A stretch of 64,000 nt of DNA from Octopus sinensis (GCF_006345805.1 NC_043000.1:129704001-129768000); one strand, 5' to 3'; counted from the stretch's first letter, positions 12,589-26,164 are shown. Program-made: numbers and translations. Notes: generated from the letters alone by a model not told the origin.

Positions 12589-12702
12589 TTGGCCTGCTCG
12601 CTTAGCCAGCGGGGTGGCGTCATTTGAAGGCTAAAACAATGCGAAGCGCATTGTGACCAGCGATGTGTAGCAACATCTGACAGCCTGGTCGGTCACAGTG
12701 AT
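12589..12702 (+). mobile_element. SINE family C, 3' half only
   Basis: Matches the 3' half of the copies at 12734 and 35091 and is flanked by (TA)n. Confidence 0.8.
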
Positions 12703-12733
12703 ATATATATATATATATATATAATATATATGT

Positions 12734-13006
12734 GTGGAGGCACAGTGGTTAGGGCAGCGGACTCGGTGTCGGAGGATCGCAGTTTCGATTCCCAGACCGG
12801 GCGTTGTGAGTGTTTATTGAGCGAAAACACCTAAAGCTCCACGAGGCTCCGGCAGAGGGTAGTGGCGATCCTTGCTGTACTCTTTCGCCACAACTTTCTC
12901 TCACTCTTTCTTCTGTTGGCCTGCTCGCTTAGCCAGTGGGATACATCCTTTGAAGGCTAAAAAACAATGCGAAGCGCATTGTGACCAGCGATATATCAAC
13001 ATCTGA
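12734..13006 (+). mobile_element. tRNA-derived SINE family C
   Basis: cagtggttagggcagcggactc (A box) ... gtttcgattccc (B box). Homologous to 35091-35385. Confidence 0.85.
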
Positions 13007-13537
13007 TATATATATATCTGTGTGTGTGTATACATATGTCGTTGTGTCTATATTTGTCCCGCACAACCGCTTGTTGGAGTGTTTACGTCCCCGTAACTTA
13101 GCAGAAAAAATAAGTAGTGGCGTCGATTCATTCGACTTTAAAAATTCTTCAAAGTAACGCTCCAGCATAGCTACAGTTTAACTACCGAAACAAGAAAAAG
13201 ATAGAAAAAGTAAATAAACTCTTGGGAGACTATATACACCAGTCTGTAAATTCTCGTATTCGTACATTTACTGCACTCACGTCAAAATAATTTTAGCGAA
13301 GTCATGAACTTCAGCGGCTAAATTTTCTAAATGGTTATACTTTAAATATTATCACCAACATTTTATCTATTCATCATTAACAATCCCTAAGCTAAAGACA
13401 TAAAATTTGATGCTACAAAAATATTATCAGCTAAAGACATATGTTAAACGATATTTATTAAGCTTAATTGTTAGCCACGAGGATAAGTACGCCGTAAAAT
13501 ATTTACAAAGTTCGAGAAGGAATATTTAACCCAACAC

Positions 13538-13605
<68 letters not shown>

Positions 13606-13761
13606 TGCGTGTGTGTGCGCGCGCACATGAATATATTTCTATACATATATATATATGTACATATAGACTTCTAATACAAGGATAAAATTTTATTATTACA
13701 TTTTATCAGTGGCCAGCATATGAAAAACACCTTTTAATGTGAAAAAATAAATACAATTATA

Positions 13762-14099
13762 AACAAGACCACTCAGAGTGCGTAAACCTCCGCCAAGGCA
13801 ACACTAATGACTTCTTCGATTAGCCGAAGAAGATTTTAAGAAGGAGAATATCTTAAATAAACTCGATTGCTCTCCCAAACGAAATACTAGAAATGAACAC
13901 GACCGCGCTCAAAAATTAAGTAAAAAACAGGAAAAATAATCCAGAATCCCAAATCTAATCAGTTCGTTCCAGTCACGAGGCCAAACATCCCTGAAAGATT
14001 CATCTGAATCCATCCAGCGCTTCTTCAGATATCTTTTCCACAGACTAACAAACACGACTGCAAACAATCCCTCCGAGCCTTAGTGAAGGCGGAGGTAAT
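13762..14099 (+). mobile_element. Helentron-associated / DINE-1-like non-autonomous element
   Basis: 5' subterminal cctccgcc, 3' hairpin cctccg...ggcggagg and a short AC-rich repeat before it. No coding capacity. Confidence 0.55.
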
Positions 14100-14273
14100 A
14101 AGAGCATAAAGAAAAAAATTCTTTGTCAATATGCTGAAAAATAGACGCTAAATCATGTAACCACATAAAATATGTTCCCTTACAGCGTCTATTTTTCAGC
14201 ATATTGGCGAAAAAATATTTTTCTCTTTGCTCTAATTGTGTGTGTGTGTGTATATATCTTTTTATCTTTTATG

Positions 14274-14636
14274 TTTTACTTGTTTCAGTCATTTGACTGC
14301 GGCCATGCTGGAGCACCGCCTTTAGTCGAGCAAATCGACCCCGGGACTTATTCTTTGTAAGCCCAGTACTTATTCTATCGGTCTCTTTTTGCCGGACGTA
14401 AACACACCAGCATTGGTTGTCAAGCAATGCTATGGGGACAAACACAGACACACAAACACACACGCATACATATATATATATCCATATATACGACAGGTTT
14501 CTTTCAGTTTCCGTCACAAGGCATTGGTCGGCCCGGGGCTATAGCAGAAGACACTTGCCCAAGATGCCACGCAGTGGGACTGAACCCGGAACCATGTGGT
14601 TGGTTAGCAAGCTACTTACCACACAGCCACTCCTGC
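14274..14636 (-). mobile_element. SINE family B, full length
   Basis: Minus strand reads gcaggagtggctgtgtggtaag (A box) ... gggttcagtccc (B box) ... ttgggcaagtgtctt ... internal TA/CA repeat ... ggcggtgctccagcatggccgcagtcaaatgactgaaacaagtaa. Confidence 0.9.
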
Positions 14637-14759
14637 ATACATACATACATACATAATACATACATGCATAATACATGGATAAATGATTTTAATATTATAG
14701 TAGTAATGTATAGTCCCCATACAGTAACACGTAGTGGTGTCATAGCGGATTATAATACT

Positions 14760-15100
14760 AAGAAATAATGTGCAGTTCTATAGCAGTTGTGTATAGAGCT
14801 ATAATATTGCTGTATAGAACTATAATAGTGATGTATAAGTGCTATAGAAGGGATTCATTAAGCTGTAGTAGTGATGCATAGTGCTGTGTTACTACTTAGC
14901 TATGTGTAATACTATGGTAAGGATATATAGTGCGATGCTACTATTTAGTAATGTAATGCTCTAGTAGTGATGTGCTGTGCTATGTTACTACGTCTATAGT
15001 ATCGGGGTAAGGATATATAGAACTGTAGCGGTTATGGATAGTGCTTTACAAAGCAGCTTAATGCCTTTTATTGTGGCGTAGTGTATTGTGTAATGACCTT
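14760..15100. repeat. Degenerate low-complexity tandem region (tag/gat/ata-rich)
   Basis: Recurrent tagtg/ctatag/gtgatg words without a clean unit. Confidence 0.5.
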
Positions 15101-16210
15101 TTGATCTGTTTTGAATAATTCCAGTATTCTAATATTCCAAGAGGATATTAATTTCTAGTGGAAGATCACATTTTATTCCAGTATTGTAATATCTCTGTAT
15201 TACCATTCTGCTTCTTCCAATTGTTCTGTTTTCTGTGTATGAGCCATTGTAGCTAGCTATTTGAATGAAGAGTTTGGAACGTTGCCAGTGAAATGTTTCT
15301 GTTAATTAAGGAAAACTTGGATTTCGGTGAAGTAATTATATCGCTGAATTTAATAGATTTGTTTGATATTTCACAGAAGATTAGTAATTTGTAAAGGCAC
15401 TACATAAAGACGGAAGACATCTGAAGAAACTCTATTGCAATGTAGGAGTTTTAGAACTTGTTGAGAGGAAGGCAAATAAGGATTGAGTGAAACGTATGCC
15501 CAAATCAACAATATTATATAACGATATTATATAAACAATATTTCATAACAATATTATTAAATAATAGTCAATAACACTATTATTTAAAGGTATTACTTGA
15601 CAGATAATATTATCTAAGCTTCGTATTTTTAATTATGGTTAATATACAAACACTAAACAATAGTGAACAAGTTAAGTAATTAAAATGGAACAGCAGGACT
15701 TTTAAACTTAACACACTGCTATGTGATAACGACGCCACTACACTAATGTTATCATAAATGTACATCAATTGTCATTAAATATCCATTATGCTAAAGGAAA
15801 ACAATCTGAAATTGATAATCAAATATTGATAATCAAATCTGAATAATATAACTTTACTAAATCAGCTTTTATTTTTATCTAGATGATCAACATATTCACA
15901 ATCGTAGATACGTAGGTATACAAACTCACGCATACATAGGTATTTACACTTATACCCATATAATTAAGATCACTCAATCTATCTAGTGAGATTATGTTCT
16001 AGATGGTCATTCAACATGCTGGAAATGGCAACAAAACAACTCTCAAATCAGAACTTTCTATCTTACAAAAAAGGAAGACAACAATGGATAATGCATTTGT
16101 AATCCTACCGTCTGAAAACAAGTTGTGATAGGCATGGCCGGAACCATTTGCTTATTTTTCCTATACAAAAACAACACAGTCACCTTAATCTTGGGTGATG
16201 TCTATTTATA

Positions 16211-16368
16211 TATTTCTTTACTGCCCACAAGGGACCCCAGTGCGAAACTGGTATTTTATTTATTGACCCCGAAAGGATGAAAGGCAAATTCGACCTCGGC
16301 GGAATTTGAACTCAGAACGTAACGACAGACGAAATACCGCTAAGCATTTCACCCGGCGTGCTGATGTT
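16211..16368 (-). mobile_element. SINE family A, truncated and internally deleted, with 20-bp TSD
   Basis: ttgggtgatgtctatttata at 16191-16210 and 16369-16388. Confidence 0.9.
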
Positions 16369-16674
16369 TTGGGTGATGTCTATTTATAACCATCTATTTG
16401 AAGGAGTCCTTGCATATTGTGAGTCATGCTAGAAATGTTTTGCAAATTGTAGTAACAATATTTTTAGTACAGTTCTATATTTAAGACATGAGGAATTATG
16501 TACATTATTTACAATACGAAAACTAAAAGAAGCAGCATATATGCCAGGACAAGGACACAATAACCTCCTAAGCAGACCGAGTGCAGATATGAGCAGCATA
16601 TGGGAACCGGTATTAAGGAAGGATAGAAAAATATTAGATTTATAAACCCTAAAATTCATTCCATTATTGGCCAC

Positions 16675-16886
16675 GGGCATATGGCGTAGTGGTCAAGAGC
16701 GCGGGTTCGATTCCAGGTAGCGACCATAATAATAATAATAATAACATCGAAAAATACCTTAGAAAGGAGAACCCAGGTTCGAAACTTCCCTAAGGCACCT
16801 GAAGAAGACTGGACGGTATATCAACCGAAACGTTGTGTTAGCAACAAACAAGATGAGAATAAATATCCGTCAAATGTAAATAATGA
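16675..16886 (+). mobile_element. tRNA-headed SINE-like element (family D) with hammerhead-like 3' module
   Basis: A box tggcgtagtgg (16682), B box gggttcgattcc (16703), (ATA)n linker, then ggcac-CTGAAGA-A...GAAACGTT-gtgtt. Confidence 0.7.
16794..16839 (+). ncRNA. Minimal type I hammerhead-ribozyme-like motif (decayed stem II)
   Basis: Stem I GGCAC/GUGUU, core CUGAAGA plus an extra A, stem II GACUG/CAACC (2 mismatches), GAAAC-GUU palindromic stem III. Confidence 0.55.
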
Positions 16887-17834
16887 ATATTTTTAGTCTT
16901 TCCATGCTTTTCTATTCTCACAAAGAAGAATATCAGAATCCTAAAATTTTTCATTGAAATGATTCGGAAAAAAACAAAAAAAAAAAACTCAAAGATCTGT
17001 TATTGACAAGAAATAGCAATAACAGTAGATTTCTTACATATATGCAAGGTTTCAAATTTAGATTCTGAGAGAAGAAATGGATATTGTGGTTATCTCTGCC
17101 TTTTTATCAATATCGTGTCGTAAGCTAATTAAAATAACATGGATCAGCAATCGAAAAGGCTTCCTAATTTCAGTAGAAATAAATTCTGCAGTAACTGAAT
17201 TCTACTTTACACCCCTCACTACTTACTGTGAAAATCCATTCGCTCTAATAACTACCACGAAATGCTTGATTTCCTTTAACTCTAGGTTTATATCTTACAT
17301 GGCTGATGCAATTTGTATTAGCATTACACATATTCGTCGAATTAGTAAAGGTAAATTTCAATTTTTAGTACATTTCGCTATAAAGATGAGTTTAATGACT
17401 GCAGATTGCACCAGTCATTGATATTCATTTTTTTCTTCTAAGATACGAGATCAAAATAAATTGAAATACATTTTTTATTTTCTTTGCCACGTTTGCTGCA
17501 AACCCATCTGGAAGACTTTTTCGCACTCCATAAATGATATTCTATCATAGATGAGAATATTATGTAGTGTACTATTTGTGTATTTTTGTTCTTTGTTTCA
17601 CATCATTTCAGGCAAATTGTGCAGGAAATAAATAATAAACCAATATGTTTTTCCCACAAAATAAAAACAAATATTAATAACTCAGAAGAAAACTTATGAA
17701 ACACGAAAAATTTGAATGAATACTGTCAAAAATATATAAAAGATTTATAGTTGATATAAAAACGTTTCATTTATCAGTTATTTAGGAAAATTCATGGAAA
17801 ATATGTGCAAAAATGTGGAATAGGAAATGTTTAT

Positions 17835-17886
<52 letters not shown>

Positions 17887-18239
17887 CATACATATATATA
17901 TACATACACAGAGTGAATCAGTACGACTACTCAGAGAGCGAATAATACAGACAAATTTGGTGTTCTTGAAAATAATGTATAAAGTTATCATCACTTTGGT
18001 TAGGTACATATGTTTCAGATATGTACACTCGCATGTTTTCAGAGAAAAAGTTACGGATTTGTATTTTATTACAAACTGAATATCCACAGCTAGTGACACT
18101 TCTCTTTACATTTAAAAATAAAAGTATATTCGTTAGTTTGAAAAATTGTGACAGGGTTCTCATCCCAAGTCTTTTCAACTATCTCGGTACAATTGATAAG
18201 GTTTAATACTAATCTGAAATGTTGACCTGAGGAGTGGGG

Positions 18240-18560
18240 AGTAAGACGATTATATCGACTCCAATATTTAACTATTATTTATTTTATCGACCCCGAAAGG
18301 TTGAATAGCAGAATTTCGGGCCTTGTGCCAAATTTTGAAACCAATATTAACATATAATATTTGTATTCCTGAAGGCGACGAGCTGGTAGAATCATTACCG
18401 CGCCGGGAAGAATGTTTAGCAGCATTTCTTCCGTTTTTACATTTTGAGTTTAAATGCCACTAGGTCAACTTTGCTTTTAAAACTTCGAGTCGATGAGATA
18501 AAGTACCAGTTGAATATTAAGGTCAATGTAATCGACTTACTCCTCTCCTGAAGTTGGAGC
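18240..18560. mobile_element. Diverged SINE A-related fragments
   Basis: ttttatcgaccccgaaagg (18282) and gcgacgagctggtagaatcattacc...gagtttaaat (18375) resemble family A head and body. Confidence 0.6.
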
Positions 18561-18652
18561 CCTTGTGCCAAAATTTGAAACCAATATTTATATTCGTATA
18601 GGAACATCTAACAAGATGTCACTATACGTGTATGTGCGTCTGTGTGTATAGT

Positions 18653-18851
18653 CTTTTACTTGTTTCAGTCATTTGACTGTGACCATGATGGAGCACCGCC
18701 TTTAGTCGAGCAAATTGACCCCAGGACTTATTCTTTTTAAGCCTAGTACTTACTCTATCGGTGTTTTTTGCCGAACCGCTAAGTTACGGGGACATAAACA
18801 TACCACCATCGGTTGTCAAGCGATGCTTAGGGGACAATCACAGGTACACAA

Positions 18852-18914
<63 letters not shown>

Positions 18915-19084
18915 AACATATATACGACGGGATTCTTTCAGTTTCCGTCTACCAAATCCACTCACAAGGCTTTGGTCGGCCCGAGGCTATAGTAGAAGAC
19001 ACTTGCCCAAGGTGCCACCTAGTGGGACTGAACCCGGAACCATGTGGTTGGTAAGCAAGCTAGTTACCACACAGCCACTCCTGC
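18653..19084 (-). mobile_element. SINE family B, full length
   Basis: Same architecture as 14274-14636 with a (CA)n(TA)n core. A further partial copy follows to ~19270. Confidence 0.9.
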
Positions 19085-22000
19085 GGCGATGCTGGGGTAC
19101 TGCCTTGTAGAAGTATTATTTGAATGGATCGACCCCAGTACTTAATTTTTTAAAAAATCCGGGTAGTAATTCTATCGGGCACTTTTGTCAAACCGTTTGT
19201 AGACACCAACACCGGTTGTCAAGCGATGAGGGGGCCAAACACAGACACGAAGTGACACCCTCCCAGACACACACATTTGTAATTGCATATTTGCCTGTGT
19301 TTAGGTTAGCTTTGTTGTTAATACCATGTCCCTTTATAACTCGTAACCAAATGGGTCTACAAACAGAACCGAACAGAAGAAATGCCAGCCTGAAATATGC
19401 AATGTGGGCGATTGATCGACTGAAAACCTTGAAAGCGTTGCCCCAGAATGGCTGTAGGCGACTGACTAAATCGGGTGAATTTGATAAATATTTCAAACAA
19501 ATAAATGAATAACTATATAACGGACTAACGGTAACGTGTGCCAAATGAGCAAGCAGCAGTAGAAGCGGATAATTGATGAGGGCTTTGTCAGAGTGCATTG
19601 CTGCGCTGAAATCTTCACAAGGCAAATTATTACGAGATATGCAGAGAAGCGTTAACACACACCACAACACCTCCTAATAAAAATTTACAGAGAGAGAGAG
19701 GGGGTAGTGAAAAATGGAAGATCACAGCTACAAGCAGAAATATTATCTGAAGCAGATTCCATAAATCTGAGCTAGAGTAATTTAATTTTTTTTTTCATTA
19801 TTATTATTTTAATAGTAAACAGACATACTGGCATGTCCAAAGTTTGGCCTTTCATACACGATTTATTTCCTGTATGAGTTGGTTGATATATAAAGAGAAA
19901 TAAGCATCAGAACTACATTGGCTTGTGACTACATTAAATTATTGAGCGAATTGAATAAAATATAAAAGAACTTCCTTTTTACTTTGCATCTAGAGGTGCA
20001 ATGAATTATATAGAACTTTTGAAAATAGCTGCCATATTTGATAGAAAAATAAAAGTAGAAATAAATAAAATAACATGACGCATTTAGCGAATATAATATT
20101 CAAAGTATGAAATAAAATTAATCTGAAGGTGTTCTTATAAACAGTTGTTAAATAATTGCTAAGATATATATAAAAGCTAGTCTATAGTCCAACTTTACTG
20201 ACATAAATTAAACAGGAAACTATATGTTAAGAAAATCAGACAAGTTCTACTGCAGAAATGTTATGGTCAACTAATAGTTTTAGCTTGAGTTAGTATATAT
20301 ACATTCTCGTTATATACACATTATATACACATACCTATTGTTATTAATTGCTTATGGTGTAATTTCTTATGTAATTTACTACTGTGAGTATCGTAGGTTG
20401 GTAAAAAAGGTACCTGACTAACTAGGCTCATGTTCTGGTTTTGATATGTTGTAACTTTATCAATTCATATATGTAGTTAACGATCTTATAAAGACATGAA
20501 TACCAAAATCTCAATTTATTGATTTCATCAAAGTTGGTAAATGTAAATATATTTATTATCGGATACTCTTTATATATAACTTACTTTTCTCTCGCTTTTC
20601 TTTTCACTTGAGAAGAAAAATGAGATTGGAGAGGATTAAAAAGAAATGCTTCTTCTAGAAAATTTGTTGAAAGGTGAATGAGAATGGCGATTATGGCCTG
20701 GGAGAACGGACTATTTTGTAAATTGAAGAAGGACCGTTAGGAGAGGGCACTTGACTTAGATGTCAAGGTGACCGCGGATTTGTGGGGTTTTCACGAGTAA
20801 CCCTTGGCGGTCACTTCCCATTTCTAGGGACTTTTGTTCGACTATTTTTGGCGTTTGACATTTCCTTTTTTTTACACGCTTTTCATGTATTTACACATTG
20901 TGTCCGGCTCTACTGTCCTTGATCTTTTCGTCAATCCTTGCTTAACAAATATATCAACCCCATCGACACTATTATTATTGAAGATTTAGCCGTTTGATTA
21001 AGTTTTCAACAATAAACATTTACACCAAGATGATTCTTTGACCGCGATGCAAAATAAAAAGCGGTTTTCTTTTCATGTAATGACAGAATCTGGACAAGAC
21101 ATTGTAAAAGAAAGGTGATTACTTTTTCGTGTTACTTTGTATAGCTTTCCCCATTAGTCTCTACACTTTTCTGTGTTATTCAAGATGAGCAAGGCTCATC
21201 TTGCTTAGGCCAGAATGGCTTTGATCGTAGATCTGTTCGATCAGAGCTGGCTACCGGTTAAACAGTTACGTAAATTATTAGTGCATAATATATTGTCTAT
21301 AACTTTGGAATATTTCAACACGATTTGATTCTACTGTGTGGTATCTTGGACAAGTGTCTTCTACCTTAGACCCAAGTCACTCAGAGCTTTGTGAATAAAA
21401 TTGGGCAGACAAAAACCATGTGGAAGGCTGTCATATAGACAGTAATTCAAAGACCAGCTTCGTCATGTACGATGATCTTGTGTTACGATGATCTTGGCCG
21501 AGGATTACGTTAAGACTATATATGACTGTTGAATACTCAGCCATATATATGATAATGCAAAGGATTTCAAACGATCGAAAGCCTGGAATACCCGTCGTAA
21601 AAATCGATGGAGGATCCGTTTACCTTGTACTTTAATGTGTAGACTAGTCCTCTAAATATGTAGCAAAGACAAGAACGTAAGAAGCTGCGCGAAACAGTGA
21701 AGAAAAGTATACCCACTTAAGACAAAGAAAGTTTGGCCTCCTAATCAGCGAAGAGTTTTCTCTGTTGGTGTCTAGCACCGAAGAGCAGAAACTCTTTCGA
21801 AATACATTCATCAAACCAATAGAGAATACTCTGAGCTGATTACAGTGCTTTGACAACCTTTTTGATTTATGCAGGAGAAACAGCAGTGAAAAGCTTTTAA
21901 AAGTTCAAATAGCGTTCGGACATATTTGAACTGTTAGTTTACATTGTAAACATAACTATATGACAAAATAAATATTTATATAAAAACTAAAGCATTAAAA

Positions 22001-23185
22001 AATTGTTGTTGATCCATTTTTCAATAATTTAATGATTGCTATCACACTTGATGCAATGGGAAAATATCTTTTAAAATCTAATTACATTACCAATGTCACA
22101 TGCTGAGGGAGTCTCGAGGTACTTTTGGAAATCATAGTTGTCTTGACAACCTGTGTGCATGGCTTGTACATCTACACAGTGATATCTGTCATGAAGTTTA
22201 GCAAGTACTGGAAAAGGATAAAGATATGCTTTATTGAGTTAAGCCTAATAAAAGTGATGCATTTCCTCAGAAACCATAGCACCTGCAAATATTCGTTAAA
22301 TTAAAATTAGTCCACAAGCTAATGTTTTCCATCATCTCAATGCATACCTAATTTGAAAATTTAAATTGCAAAGATGGTGAGGTGGCAGAATCGTTACCGA
22401 GTGAAAAAAAAATGCTTATCGGCATTTCCTCCGATTCTTTACGTTTTCTGTTCAAATTCCGGCAAAGTTGTCTTTGATTTTCCTCTTTTCAAGGTCGATA
22501 AAATAAGTACCACTCAAATATTGCGAGCGATATAATCGACAAGCTTCCTACCCTCAAAAAAATCAAAAAAAATCTATAAATTAAAATTTCGGAGTCACCT
22601 TTATTTTATCATGACAAGATTTAATTAACATTAATCATTGAACCTAATCTTTATATATGCTGATTGCTACAGTAATTTCAAATAATAAATTTTTTTTTTT
22701 ACTAACTAAATTAACAAACTTAACGCTCTCTGATGAATATGGCGCTACTAGATAATTCATTCCAGTCATTATTTTTCTATAAAAACTGGTCTAACGGGTG
22801 AGATAAAAAGGTATATTAACCGACGAACATCTATCAGATTTGTTAGTTTATATTGAGCAAAAACTGATAAAAGTGAAATTGTTATCAAAGAAAAAAGAAA
22901 TAATAAATTGAAATATATATTCGATTTAATTTAATTTAGTTACACGCACATAAACACACACACATATATATATATATATACGTATACATATATATATACA
23001 TACATATATATATTTTTATATACATACACATATATACATACATATACATATATATAACATACATATACATACATGTACATACATATACATGCATACATAT
23101 ACATATATATATATGCTTGTCTGTCTATCTGTATCTCTAAATAATTATATATATACTTATATATATTTGTGTATATATATATATG

Positions 23186-23254
<69 letters not shown>

Positions 23255-23533
23255 CGTATGTAGTTATGTAGTATGTATGTATGTATATATATATGGCATG
23301 TAGAAATTCTTGTTTCTATACATGCAGCAACTCAGAAATGAGGATGTGAAAAAGTATATAATATTTGCAGAGACGCAATATCAGCAGCAAATTAGTAACC
23401 ACGGGATTTATGTTCTGTCCTGACGAATGAGATTTAATAGCAAAATTAGAACAAATCACACTCCGAACAACATGACACCGACGTCGGAACACGCAAGCCT
23501 AACAACATGCCAACTACAATTTTATCGTGATCC

Positions 23534-23564
<31 letters not shown>

Positions 23565-23989
23565 TTGGATAGGTAGGTCGGTAAAAAGAAAATTGTAGCT
23601 GGCATACACTTCAACACGTGTGCTTCAATTTTAATGTCGTGTAACTAGATGTACTTACGGAGGTTGAATTTGGCTGACGCTAGTATTATTATAAACACCA
23701 TAAAAGCCCAGACATCGGCGTTATTGTTTTCGATTGGCTCTTAATGATTTTTGTACATAAATCGAAACTAAGAAATAAAGAAATGGTTGAACAGAGAATA
23801 TTTTGATATTGATAATCTTGTGGTCGGTGGGATTTCGCATATCACCTTAAAAGAATGGGATGCTATTACACACGCACACACACACAAACACGCACACGCA
23901 CATATTATATAGATTTGAATGCAATAAGAATATTACGTAAAATAATTGACCAAGTGGTCATTTTAGCAAACCGGATGTTAGTTGTCTGT

Positions 23990-25370
23990 ATCATCACCGC
24001 TATCGCTACCACATCACATTACAACAATTGATACCACCACCACCATCACCACCGCCAATGCCATCCCCATCGCCATTGCTGCCGTCACCGCTACCATCAC
24101 CACCAACAAAACACCACAACCACCATTTTCAGCATCTCCTTCAGTTGCCCCTCTTATTGCTACAGATTCTCTCGAGCCAATGCGGGAGCTTTTGTGGGAT
24201 TGCTCGATCGTTGGGTCAAACGCAAGCAACAAAGGGTTGGTGTGAGACAACCCGGTTTCGATTCTCAAAAGGATTAAAATTAAATTATACCCGTTTTCGT
24301 TTACGTATATTTTGTTTTGTTTTATTTTGTTTTGTTTAGTTTTATTCTTTGATGGAATTGCTTGCTCTGTAACTAATCAAACGAAGGTAATATTAGGTTT
24401 AGAGCGAGGAGAAGTTCTGCAACTAAGAGGAAGAAATGTCATGTTATGAAGGAAGAGTTTAATGGGATGTCATTTTATAGATGAAGAATGAGGCAACAAG
24501 TGTTATGAAAGAATAGCTCTTTAATTAGAATTGATGAAATTCAATTTACCAGGCTTCAGTTAATGAGTACACAATTGGAAAAAAAATATTCACCGAAGCG
24601 AATGAACTTCCGAAATGGTACTTGAAAGACAAGCAGCCGTAAGAGGGTTTAATGTAGCAGCAGGAGGCGTGGAGCATCGAATGGTATGAAATGAGGAAGA
24701 GGAGACGACGACGAGAGAGGAATTTAAGCAAATTAAAAGCAAGGATGATGATAATGGAAGACAGGCCGGGTAGTGATGGCGATAGAATTTTATGACTGCT
24801 ACTGGTGTTGGCGAAGGTTGTATCTCAACGGTGAGGAAGCAAACTGATGATCGTGGTAGTCAGAGCCGTATGGTAACGATTAATGATAATGTTTGAAGTA
24901 ACGATGTTGACGATGATGATAATTATGTTGATGGTGGTGGTTATTTCGACGAAGCCACAAGGGGTATGCACCGTTGACAATCATCATCCTTCTTTTACTA
25001 ATCGTGATGATGCAAAGTGTTTTTGGTGTTGCTGTTGTTGTTGTTTGTGGTGGTAGTGCTCTTGGTGGTGATGTTGTCGTTGTTAGTTCTGCTGCTGATC
25101 GTCGGTTGTTATCGTGATAGTGTTAGTAATGGTAGTGGTGGTAATAGTGGTAGTGTGGTGGTTGTAGTAGTGAGTACGATGACGGTGGACATAGTAGTCC
25201 TAGTGATAGTTGTGGTGGTGGCGGTGGCGAGATATGCTGGTGGTTGTAGAGGTGGTGATGATGGAAGCGTTGGTGGTAGCGGTGATGGTAGTAGTTGGCG
25301 ATGTGGTGATCGTGGTGATGACAGCACTAGCCTTGTAGGACAAGATGGTCATTAGAAGATATAGTTATGA
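23990..25370. repeat. Degenerate trinucleotide (ACC/GGT/GAT) low-complexity tracts
   Basis: Poly-Thr/Pro/Val-type ORFs arise from decayed triplet repeats on both strands. Confidence 0.6.
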
Positions 25371-26018
25371 AGAGCAAGGTAAGGTGTGTGGTTGATAAAT
25401 GTGGCAGGATTGCGTTTGGCCTGTAGGGAAATATACATAGGAGCATTTCTTCCGTTTTTTTTTACCTTCTGAGATCAAATTCTGCCGATGTCGATTTTGC
25501 CTTTCATCCTTTCGAGGTCAAATAAATAAGTTACCAATTGAACACGGGGGTCAATGTAATCGACCAGCAAAATTTCAGGTTTCGTCCCTGTAATAGAAAG
25601 CGTTGGTGCGAGGTTTATTCTGTGTACATCTATGATCAAGCCCTTGTAGCAATGACTAAACATTCCTTTAAAGGCTGCGTAGGACTACATTATGCTGTGT
25701 ATTGTTCCCATTTCTAAAATGATAGTGTATGATCTGATGGAGATTTAACTGCTGTTTGTTTCCAGTGTTACCCATACCGAAGTTCTCTGCCTGGTATGTG
25801 TTTGTGTGTGTGTATGATATTGTGGAGGAAAGGAATATAAATGTACACACACGCGCTCACACACGCACACAAGGAATCCAGAAATCTAAGCCCTTTACCT
25901 CAGGGTGTCAGATATTGGAAGAAAAATTTCTTCAATAGAAACTGAGTATAAAATAAGTAAAAAATGGGGTTTTGGTATCACAACAATTCCTTACTTGTTT
26001 TACGGTCTCTCTCTCTCG

Positions 26019-26059
<41 letters not shown>

Positions 26060-26063
26060 ATTA

Positions 26064-26106
<43 letters not shown>

Positions 26107-26164
26107 GTGTGTGTGTGTGTTTGTTGAAGGCTGGGAAAGAAAAAAACACGAGATGATATAATAT

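Noticed and set aside
15416-15460. CUGAAGA plus stem, hammerhead-like
   Set aside because: GAAA core and stem III are missing, too decayed to call.
23982-25355. Pro/Thr/Val/Gly-rich ORFs resembling mucins or extensins
   Set aside because: Decayed trinucleotide repeats open on both strands, with no splice or domain support.
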